Positions 1 to 6,747 of a DNA stretch of 24,000 nt are shown here, in pieces; position 1 is the stretch's first letter, and each line of letters starts with the position of its first letter. The notes beneath the pieces were generated by a model, which was not told the origin of the DNA, ran no database searches, and was given only the letters and a program-made list of their open reading frames with translations. The DNA comes from Erysipelotrichaceae bacterium HCN-30851 (GTDB lineage Bacteria; Bacillota_I; Bacilli_A; Erysipelotrichales; Erysipelotrichaceae): the NCBI GenBank assembly GCA_037892765.1, contig JBBKBW010000025.1, one strand, 5' to 3'. Both the position numbers and the translations under genes were made by a program.

Positions 1-725
1 TATCCTCCATAAGCACTGACAACACTCATTCCATGTCGAAAATTATTTATGAATGCTTCTGTTACAACTTCAGGGTCGTTGGTAGTAATTTCAACTGTTA
101 TTTGAGAATAACGATGATAGAAGCTGGAAATTGTTCTTGTGGATATTAACTGGAAAATAATAGAATAACCAGCATGGACCCAACCAAATAGATAGCCAAA
201 TATAATTAACATACAACAGTTAAAGATAAATACATAGTCCCAAATACTTTTATGGATTTTATTTGAAACATATAGGGCAATAAAATCAGTACCACCAGTA
301 GAACCATCAGCACGTAATGCTAGTACAATACTCATACCATATAGGAAACCGCCAAATAGTACATTCAATGTCAAATCATTAAATAAAGGAGCGTAATCCA
401 AAATTTTAAGGAAGAATGATGTTAGTATGAATTGAATACAACTTAATAAAGTGAATCTATGAGAAACATTCTTATAGGCAAGTAAAGCTGCCGGAATGTT
501 TAGAACTAGAATTCCAAGAGAAGTAGAAAAATCAAAACCAAATAAATTACTAATTTTATTTAATAAAATCGCTACACCTGTAAATCCACTAGATAATAGA
601 TTACACGGTTCCATAAATACATTTATTACATAAACCTGCAACAGACTACTTGCGACAATCATAATAATAGATATAATAAAACGTATCGATCTTATTTTTT
701 GAAGATCTTTTATTTTCTTAGCCAT
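1..725 (-). CDS. YitT-family integral membrane protein (DUF2179-like C-terminal domain), 5' part only; the gene continues beyond the left edge
   Basis: Absent from the supplied ORF track because no stop lies in the window. My translation of the reverse strand from ATG (725-723) reads MAKKIKDLQKIRSIRFIISIIMIVASSLLQVYVINVFMEPCNLLSSGFTGVAILLNK...LRADGSTGGTDFIALYVSNK...QITVEITTNDPEVVTEAFINNFRHGMSVVSAYGG and stays open for 241 codons to base 1. SD AAGGGGG lies 7 nt upstream of the ATG. The multi-TM N-terminal part, the GSTGGTD motif and the ITVEI...HG.SV..AYGG tail are typical of YitT/DUF2179 proteins (family call from memory). Confidence 0.8.
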   Translation of the reverse strand, partial: MAKKIKDLQKIRSIRFIISIIMIVASSLLQVYVINVFMEPCNLLSSGFTGVAILLNKISNLFGFDFSTSLGILVLNIPAALLAYKNVSHRFTLLSCIQFILTSFFLKILDYAPLFNDLTLNVLFGGFLYGMSIVLALRADGSTGGTDFIALYVSNKIHKSIWDYVFIFNCCMLIIFGYLFGWVHAGYSIIFQLISTRTISSFYHRYSQITVEITTNDPEVVTEAFINNFRHGMSVVSAYGG

Positions 726-789
726 CAGATGACCCCCTTATAATGCATATCCATTATAGGAAAAATAATGAATTTATTATGTAAGACTA

Positions 790-807
790 CTTCCTAACAT
801 TCGGAAC
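790..807. promoter_or_regulatory. Degenerate copy of the locus dyad: CTTCCTA-ACAT-TCGGAAC
   Basis: Matches 11 of the 14 fixed positions of TTTCCTA-N4-TAGGAAA. Its centre lies 28 bp from the centre of the perfect copy at 818-835. It sits in the divergent intergenic region between the YitT gene and the PRD-regulator gene. Confidence 0.4.
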
Positions 808-817
808 AAAAGTTCTA

Positions 818-835
818 TTTCCTAATATTAGGAAA
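818..835. promoter_or_regulatory. Perfect dyad TTTCCTA-ATAT-TAGGAAA (candidate operator/activator site, copy 1)
   Basis: Read directly from the sequence; symmetry extends to ATTTCCTA/TAGGAAAT (817-836). The centre (826.5) lies 40.5 bp upstream of the -10-like TAAAAT (867-872) and 69.5 bp upstream of the regulator ATG (896). Identical half-sites recur at 3447-3464 and 5603-5620. Confidence 0.6.
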
Positions 836-895
836 TGGTAAAAAATACAAAAGAAATAAATTATAGTAAAATATAAGATAAAGGAAGGTGTTTTT

Positions 896-2806
896 ATGCT
901 AAATAAGCGCCAAGAAAAGATAATTCTTTTATTAGATGATTCTAAGAGTTGGATAACAGGAAAAGAAATATCTCGTTTGATGAATGTATCGGATCGTACG
1001 ATACGAAGTGATATTGATACCATTAATCGATATTATAATAAGACATTGATTGAATCTAACTTAAGAAGTGGTTATCGTATAAATCAGGAAGTGTTAGTTA
1101 CATTGCCTATTGAATTAAATACGGTAATACCTCAAACACCAGAAGAAAGATGTATTTATATCATTCAGGAACTAATGTTTGAAAAGAGTGAAATTAACTT
1201 ATTAGATTTACAAGATCAGGTATTTATTAGCGGTTACTCTATTGATAATGATATAAAACGAATAAAGAAGATGTTAGAACCTTATGATGATATAAAACTA
1301 GTTCGTTCTCGTAATTATATTCATCTGGAAGGCAGTGAGCAAAGTAAACGGCAGCTGTATAAAGAACTGTTATCACAGGAAACACAAGGTAATTTCTTAA
1401 ATCTGAATAGATTATCAAGTATGTTTCAAGACTTTGATTTGCTGAAAGTAAAGAAAGAATTAGAAGATGTTTTAAATCATTATAATTATCATGTTAGAGA
1501 AATGTCTATGCCGATGTTAATGATCCATGTAGGAATAGCTGTAGAACGTATGCTAAGATACAATTATATTGAGACTTCCAGATCTATTCCACAATTACAG
1601 GAACATAAAGAGTATTTGATTGCGAAAGAATTCTTTGAACGTTTATCAAAAAGAATACGTATTGAAGTTGTGGATGATGAAGTTAAACTACTTGCTATGC
1701 AATTAATGGGAAAAAGATCAGTTACTTTATCGAATGACCTAGTTAACTCCTATAAAAAAAATCTAAATGTAGATATGTTAGTTGATGAAATCATTGAAAA
1801 TATACGTAATAATTTTGATATTGATTTCTCTAAAGATACAGATTTAAAAAGTGGATTAGCTGTACATCTCCAAGGCTTAATTGAAAGAAGAAATAAAAAT
1901 ATAAACATTTCAAATATCTATTTGCAGGAACTAAAAAGAAAATACCCGCTAGTATTTGAATTGGCAATAAGAGTAGGAGAACTATTAGAACAAGAACTTA
2001 AAATGGATATCTCTGAAAATGAATTAGGATTTTTAGCACTACATCTAGGAGCTGCATACGAAAGATACAATACTCATAGTAAATATCGAGCTGTTATGAT
2101 CTATCCAATTGATCAGGCTTTAAGTAATCTTTGTGTAAAAAAGATTGAAAATCTATTCTCTGAACGTATGGATATTGTAGACTGTGTCAGCTTTTTTGAA
2201 GAGAAAAGCATAAAAAATATAAAACCCGATATTATCCTAACAACTTTACAGCTAAAGCATAATTTGGAAATACCTACTATACAAATATCATTGTTTCTAA
2301 ATAATGAGGATGAGAGTAAGATATTTCAGACATTAAATTTATTGGATAAAAAACGTTTCCGTAAGGAATTCGAAGAAAGCTTAGTGAAACTAATTGAAAA
2401 AAAGACTTTCTATTACGACTTAGATTTACAGACTCCAGAAGAAGTTATAACTTATATGTGTGATCGTTTAGAAGAACTAGGTTATTGTAATGAGGGCTTT
2501 AAACAATCTGTATTACAAAGAGAAAAGATGGCAGCTACAAGTTTTGTATATTCTTTTGCAGTGCCACATTCATTAAATGTCGCAAGTATTCGACCTTCTA
2601 TCTCGGTTGCATTCTTAAAGAAACCAATTCAATGGGGAGATTTTGAAGTTAAGATGGTAATGTTGTTAGCAACTAATGAGGAACAATCCAATATATTAAA
2701 GATGTTTTTCTCTTGGCTAAGTAATATGATTAATGATGCTAATCATTTTGCTTCATTATTAGAGACACAAAGTTATGAAGAATTTATCGCAAAGATAATA
2801 GAATAA
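896..2806 (+). CDS. PRD-domain transcriptional regulator of the LicR/MtlR/CelR type (HTH - PRD1 - PRD2 - EIIB-like - EIIA(Mtl/Fru)-like); often autolabelled BglG-family antiterminator
   Basis: 636-aa ORF with SD AAGGAAGG 8 nt upstream. The N-terminus has a DeoR/HTH_11-like helix-turn-helix (ITGKEISRLMNVSDRTIRSDIDTIN). PRD signatures are MLMIHVGIAVERM (H211), GLAVHLQGLIERR (H324) and ELGFLALHLGAAYER (H383). The C-terminal EIIA_2-like domain carries FAVPHS (H558). Size and domain order match B. subtilis LicR (about 640 aa). Confidence 0.85.
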   Translation: MLNKRQEKIILLLDDSKSWITGKEISRLMNVSDRTIRSDIDTINRYYNKTLIESNLRSGYRINQEVLVTLPIELNTVIPQTPEERCIYIIQELMFEKSEINLLDLQDQVFISGYSIDNDIKRIKKMLEPYDDIKLVRSRNYIHLEGSEQSKRQLYKELLSQETQGNFLNLNRLSSMFQDFDLLKVKKELEDVLNHYNYHVREMSMPMLMIHVGIAVERMLRYNYIETSRSIPQLQEHKEYLIAKEFFERLSKRIRIEVVDDEVKLLAMQLMGKRSVTLSNDLVNSYKKNLNVDMLVDEIIENIRNNFDIDFSKDTDLKSGLAVHLQGLIERRNKNINISNIYLQELKRKYPLVFELAIRVGELLEQELKMDISENELGFLALHLGAAYERYNTHSKYRAVMIYPIDQALSNLCVKKIENLFSERMDIVDCVSFFEEKSIKNIKPDIILTTLQLKHNLEIPTIQISLFLNNEDESKIFQTLNLLDKKRFRKEFEESLVKLIEKKTFYYDLDLQTPEEVITYMCDRLEELGYCNEGFKQSVLQREKMAATSFVYSFAVPHSLNVASIRPSISVAFLKKPIQWGDFEVKMVMLLATNEEQSNILKMFFSWLSNMINDANHFASLLETQSYEEFIAKIIE

Positions 2807-2818
2807 AGAGAGGTACTT

Positions 2819-3427
2819 ATGAAAAATACAAAATCATTTCGAGCAGGAATTAAATTAGGAGAAGGAAAAATCAATAACTTTTCTCGTCTGATTGCTTATT
2901 TTATTGACTGGTATATTGCGACTATGGTTGCAGGAATTCCAATTGTGTTAATTAATTCGTTTGTTAAGCATACAACAGATGTATCTCAGGATTTATCAAC
3001 ACTGCCAACAAATATGGCGATATTAGCGGGTATACTTGGTATTGTTTTCTACATAGGTTACTTTGTTGTTTTAGAATTATTTGTATACAAAGGACAAACA
3101 TTTGGTAAACGTATCATGAAAATAAAGGTTGTTAAACAAGATGGCAGTAATGTAGACTTTTGGACAATTATTAAAAGAGAAGTAATCGGTGTTATGCTGA
3201 TAGAAGGATATATTGCCAATAGTTCCAGTTATTTACGTCAAATCGTATCTATTGCAACAGGAGTAAATGTTATGGATATGGCAGTTTATCTTTTTGGTAT
3301 TATTAGTGCAATATCAATCTTAATGGGGATGGCAAGTACATCAAGAAAAATGATCCATGATTATATTGCCGGTACATGTGAAATCAGTAATAAAGAGGAA
3401 CAGCAGGGAGAAGCGTTCCACGCTTAA
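2819..3427 (+). CDS. RDD-family membrane protein
   Basis: 202-aa ORF starting 12 nt after the regulator stop, with SD AGAGAGG, so probably co-transcribed. About 3-4 predicted TM helices. RDD-type landmarks: SRLIAYFIDWYIA near the N-terminus, GQTFGKRIMKIKVVKQDG after TM2, and HDYIAGT near the C-terminus. Confidence 0.75.
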   Translation: MKNTKSFRAGIKLGEGKINNFSRLIAYFIDWYIATMVAGIPIVLINSFVKHTTDVSQDLSTLPTNMAILAGILGIVFYIGYFVVLELFVYKGQTFGKRIMKIKVVKQDGSNVDFWTIIKREVIGVMLIEGYIANSSSYLRQIVSIATGVNVMDMAVYLFGIISAISILMGMASTSRKMIHDYIAGTCEISNKEEQQGEAFHA

Positions 3428-3440
3428 GAATAAATCATAG

Positions 3441-3477
3441 AAATCATTTCCTAGACATAGGAAATGATTTAATTTTT
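3441..3477 (+). terminator. Rho-independent terminator after the RDD gene; its stem contains dyad copy 2 (TTTCCTA-GACA-TAGGAAA, 3447-3464)
   Basis: Perfect 13-bp stem AAATCATTTCCTA / TAGGAAATGATTT (3441-3453 / 3458-3470) with loop GACA, followed by AATTTTT. The same DNA is an exact copy of the locus dyad. It is followed by a -35-like TTTACA (3475-3480) and an extended -10, TGgTAAAGT (3494-3502), for the EIIC gene. Confidence 0.7.
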
Positions 3478-3534
3478 ACAATGTGTGAAATTATGGTAAA
3501 GTTTTAAGCGAAAGGAAAGAGAGGTTTTATTATT

Positions 3535-4890
3535 ATGGATAAACTCGAAAAATATTTGATGCCTTTAGCCGATGTTCTTACAAAGAACAGAGTACTAATT
3601 GCAATCCGTGATGGCTTTCTAATTACTACTCCATTATTGATTGTTGGTTCAATTTTCCTATTAATTGCGAATTTCCCTATTCCAGGATGGGATGAAGCAA
3701 TTGCAAGTGTACTAGGACCAGATTGGGCCGGATGGTTCACTGCGGTTTCTAGAGCATCATTTAACTGTACTGGTCTATTAACTGCATTAGGTACAGGTTA
3801 TGCAATGGCACGTGAATTTGGAGGAGATAAAATTCAGGGTGCTGCAGTTGCAGTAGTTGCATTCTTTATCTTAATGCCTACTTCACACACAGCTACAGAT
3901 GCTGAAGGTGCTTTAGTTGAAGGTGCTACAGTATCTGGTCTATCATTTGATTATATCGGGCCAAACGGTATCTTCATGGCACTTATTTGTGCGATTTTAG
4001 GTGTATGGCTATTCTGTTATGCTTATAAAAAAGGTTGGACAATTAAAATGCCTCAGGGTGTTCCACCTGCAGTAACAGATTCTTTCGCTGCTTTAGTACC
4101 AAGTGCAATCGTTATGGCATGTGCATTCTTGATTCGTATCGTATTCTCATTCACAGAATTTGGTACAATGCAAGATTTCATCGTTGCAATTCTACAGACA
4201 CCACTTGAAGGTTTAGGAGATACATTAGGAGCTAACGCACTTTACTCTTTCATGTGTACATTCTTATGGTTCTTCGGAATCAACGGACCAGCTGTATGTA
4301 ACTCTGTATACTTCATTGGTAACGTATTAACTGCAAAACAGTTACTAGCATTTGAAGCTGGTGAAGCATTACCATATATCTTCACAAACCCATTCAGTAA
4401 CTTCTTTACTAACTTTGGTGGTGGAGGTTCTACTCTATCTTTAGTAATCTTAATGGTAACTGTATGTAAATCTAAGCGTATTAAACAACTTGGACGTTTA
4501 TCAATTGTACCTGGATTCTTTGGAATTAACGAACCTATCATCTTCGGTTTACCAATTGTATTAAACCCAATTATCATTATTCCATTCATCTTTGTACCAA
4601 TGATGAACTTAGTATTGTCATACTATGCAACTGTATTTGAAATCATCCCAAGAACAACAGGTGTTAACTTACCTTGGACAACTCCAATCGGATTCTCAGG
4701 ATGGCTATCTACAGGTTCTTGGACAGCTTCTGCATGGCAGATATTCCTTCTAATATTAGGTATGTTAGTTTACTATCCATTTATCAAAACATTGGATAAA
4801 AAATATCTAGAAGATGAAGCTGCTATTGAAAATACAACTTCTGAAGAAGATGAAATTGACTTCGCATCATTAGATTTAGATGATCTATAA
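3535..4890 (+). CDS. PTS lactose/cellobiose-family EIIC permease (CelB/LicC/ChbC-like)
   Basis: 451-aa polytopic membrane ORF. The N-terminus MDKLEKYLMPLADVLTKNRVLIAIRDGFLITTPLLIVGSIFLLIANFPIPGW is the classic EIIC(Lac) opening. FGINGP and FGINEPIIFGLPIVLNP motifs are present. It ends in an unusual acidic tail, EDEAAIENTTSEEDEIDFASLDLDDL. Confidence 0.9.
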   Translation: MDKLEKYLMPLADVLTKNRVLIAIRDGFLITTPLLIVGSIFLLIANFPIPGWDEAIASVLGPDWAGWFTAVSRASFNCTGLLTALGTGYAMAREFGGDKIQGAAVAVVAFFILMPTSHTATDAEGALVEGATVSGLSFDYIGPNGIFMALICAILGVWLFCYAYKKGWTIKMPQGVPPAVTDSFAALVPSAIVMACAFLIRIVFSFTEFGTMQDFIVAILQTPLEGLGDTLGANALYSFMCTFLWFFGINGPAVCNSVYFIGNVLTAKQLLAFEAGEALPYIFTNPFSNFFTNFGGGGSTLSLVILMVTVCKSKRIKQLGRLSIVPGFFGINEPIIFGLPIVLNPIIIIPFIFVPMMNLVLSYYATVFEIIPRTTGVNLPWTTPIGFSGWLSTGSWTASAWQIFLLILGMLVYYPFIKTLDKKYLEDEAAIENTTSEEDEIDFASLDLDDL

Positions 4891-4895
4891 AAATA

Positions 4896-4927
4896 AAAAC
4901 AGGCTGTCTTTGCAACCGCCTGTTTTT
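4896..4927 (+). terminator. Rho-independent terminator after the EIIC gene
   Basis: AAAAACAGGC (4895-4904) pairs perfectly with GCCTGTTTTT (4918-4927), with a 13-nt loop. The T-run is part of the 3' arm and its flank. Confidence 0.65.
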
Positions 4928-4961
4928 ATGGCATAATAATAAATAGACGAGGAGTGAGAAC

Positions 4962-5486
4962 ATGAAAGTAATGATGATTTTTGATCAGACACAAGCAGGA
5001 TTAGGAGGAAAAGAAAGTCCTGATCTTCCAATGGGTGGGAAACCTATGGCAGTAGGATCTTGTGGAATGTTTGAGCGTTTCTTGGAACAAAATGATGGAA
5101 AAGTAATCGCAACTTTATGGTGTGGCGATGGAACATTTAAAGAAGATCCAGAACTGAATGCTAAGAAATTTGCCGCAATGGCAAAAAAATTCAAACCAGA
5201 TGTAGTAATCTGCGGACCTTGCTTTAACTATCCCGGATATGGATTAATGGCAGCTAAAACAGCTTTGACTATTAATGAACACACTGACATTCCTGCATTT
5301 GCTATAATGTCAAAAGAATGTGAAGAAGCAATTGCAGAATATAAGGATAAAGTAACAATTCTACAGATGCCTAAAAAAGGTGGAACTGGATTAAATGAAG
5401 CATTAAGTGAAATGTGTCAGTTCGCAAGACTTCTTGTAGATAAAAAAGATACATCTGAATTTATTGCACAGCACGCATATAAATAA
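4962..5486 (+). CDS. Short protein resembling the N-terminal domain of glycine/sarcosine/betaine reductase component B (GrdB family, PF07355-like); no selenocysteine
   Basis: 174-aa ORF with SD GAGGAG 7 nt upstream and terminators on both sides. Segments KVMMIFDQTQAGLGGKESPDLPMGG, VIATLWCGDGTF, KPDVVICGPCFNYPGYGLMAAKTA and DIPAFAIM parallel the GrdB N-terminus as I remember it (KVVHYINQFFAQIGGEEKAD, VICGD, PDLFIAGPAFNAGRYGVACG, IP.VT.M). The similarity is recalled from memory, not computed. Confidence 0.55.
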   Translation: MKVMMIFDQTQAGLGGKESPDLPMGGKPMAVGSCGMFERFLEQNDGKVIATLWCGDGTFKEDPELNAKKFAAMAKKFKPDVVICGPCFNYPGYGLMAAKTALTINEHTDIPAFAIMSKECEEAIAEYKDKVTILQMPKKGGTGLNEALSEMCQFARLLVDKKDTSEFIAQHAYK

Positions 5487-5498
5487 GAAATGTAAATT

Positions 5499-5537
5499 AG
5501 AGATAATTCTATTTAAAAGAGTTATCTCTCTTTTTTA
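5499..5537 (+). terminator. Rho-independent terminator after the GrdB-like gene
   Basis: AGAGATAATTCT (5499-5510) pairs with AGAGTTATCTCT (5518-5529): 12 bp including one G-U. The loop is ATTTAAA, followed by CTTTTTTATT. Confidence 0.85.
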
Positions 5538-5602
5538 TTCTATCAATCTTATTAATGAATTGAAAAGTTAACTGTACCAGTTATTTATTACTATATCTTG
5601 AT

Positions 5603-5620
5603 TTTCCTACTTCTAGGAAA
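5603..5620. promoter_or_regulatory. Perfect dyad TTTCCTA-CTTC-TAGGAAA (copy 3), upstream of the M42 peptidase pair
   Basis: Read directly from the sequence; symmetry extends to TTTTCCTA/TAGGAAAA. The centre (5611.5) lies 40.5 bp upstream of the consensus -10 TATAAT (5652-5657). There is no good -35 at 5628-5635. Confidence 0.6.
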
Positions 5621-5673
5621 AAATGTTCGTAAATGCGTGTAGTAAAAGTACTATAATAAAAGAGTAGGAAAGG

Positions 5674-6735
5674 ATGAATAATATGAATCAGAATAGTATT
5701 AATTTATTAGAAGAATTGACACAAGTTGTAGGTATCTCAGGAGATGAAAAAGAAGTATCTCGTAAGATGAAGCAACACTTAGAAAACTTATGTGATGAAA
5801 TTGTATATGATAATTTAGGATCTGTATTTGCGGTAAAGAAATGTGGCAAAGAAAATGCAAAACGTGTAATGGTTTGTGCACATATGGATGAAGTTGGATT
5901 TATGTTAACAGAAATTAGTGATAATGGACTTGCCAGCTTTATTAAAATTGGATCTGTAAGTGATGCTGCATTATATGGTAGCCGTGTTCGTGTAAAAACT
6001 AGAACTGGTGAAGTATTTGGAATTATTGTAGCAGATGAAGAAAGTGCATCCAAATCAAATGGAAAAAATATGAAAATTGATTTTGGTGTAAGTAATAAAG
6101 ATGAAGTTTCTAATCTAGGTATCATGGTTGGCGACAGCGCTGTATTAGATGGAAGCTTTATTACATTAGGAAATAGAGCAATCGCAAAAGCAATAGATAG
6201 TCGTTTTGGATGTGCCTTAGCAATTGAAATCTTAGAAGCTGTTAAAGATGTGAACTTTGATTTTGATTTATATGTAGGTGCTAGCGTTATGGAAGAAGTA
6301 GGACAACGTGGCGGTACAACTGCAACAGGTTTAATTCATCCGGATTTAGGTATTGTATTAGATGGTGGTACTGCAGATGATTATAATGGAAAATCAAATG
6401 CTGTTGGGCAGTTAGGTAAAGGTGTATTAGTACGCTACTATGATAAAGGAATGATGCCAAATCGTGGTTTATTAAACGAATTAGTATCTGTTTGTGAAAA
6501 TAATAAAATTGATTATCAGTACTATTATTCAATGAGTTTAACTGATGCGGCTTGGGTACATAAATTATTCGCGGGCTGTCCAACATTACATGTAGGAATA
6601 TGTGCAAGAAATACACATACTGGTAATGCAGAAATTGATTTGCATGATTATAAATGTGCTAAACAATCTGCTGTAGAAGTAATCAAAGGTTTAACATCTA
6701 CTAAAATTGATGAATTTAAGGAATATAACCGATAA
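5674..6735 (+). CDS. M42-family metallopeptidase (glutamyl aminopeptidase / FrvX / CelM-like), paralogue 1
   Basis: 353-aa ORF. N-terminus LLEELTQVVGISGDEKEV; metal-site landmarks MVCAHMDEVGFMLTEI, AKAIDSRFGCA and MEEVGQRGG. An alternative start at ATG 5683 has more conventional SD spacing (AGGAAAGG at 5666-5673). Confidence 0.9.
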   Translation: MNNMNQNSINLLEELTQVVGISGDEKEVSRKMKQHLENLCDEIVYDNLGSVFAVKKCGKENAKRVMVCAHMDEVGFMLTEISDNGLASFIKIGSVSDAALYGSRVRVKTRTGEVFGIIVADEESASKSNGKNMKIDFGVSNKDEVSNLGIMVGDSAVLDGSFITLGNRAIAKAIDSRFGCALAIEILEAVKDVNFDFDLYVGASVMEEVGQRGGTTATGLIHPDLGIVLDGGTADDYNGKSNAVGQLGKGVLVRYYDKGMMPNRGLLNELVSVCENNKIDYQYYYSMSLTDAAWVHKLFAGCPTLHVGICARNTHTGNAEIDLHDYKCAKQSAVEVIKGLTSTKIDEFKEYNR

Positions 6736-6747
6736 GAGGTATAACAT

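Noticed and set aside
787-1023. 78-aa ORF antisense to the start of the regulator gene and spanning the dyad region
   Set aside because: Low-complexity I/F/S-rich translation with no SD. It overlaps a well-supported gene and regulatory DNA. It is a typical AT-rich shadow ORF.
4962-5486. Possibility that the GrdB-like gene is a selenoprotein or a truncated grdB pseudogene
   Set aside because: There is no in-frame TGA, the ORF ends at TAA, and a strong terminator follows immediately. I could see no GrdB-like coding potential downstream in any frame. The pseudogene scenario can only be fully excluded by comparison with relatives.
3504-6616. Antisense ORFs inside the EIIC, GrdB-like and M42 genes (3504-3740, 4242-4589, 4985-5194, 5688-6125, 5699-5881, 6287-6616)
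   Set aside because: All lie fully within, and opposite to, genes with strong family signatures. Their translations are low-complexity with no recognisable motifs or ribosome-binding sites.
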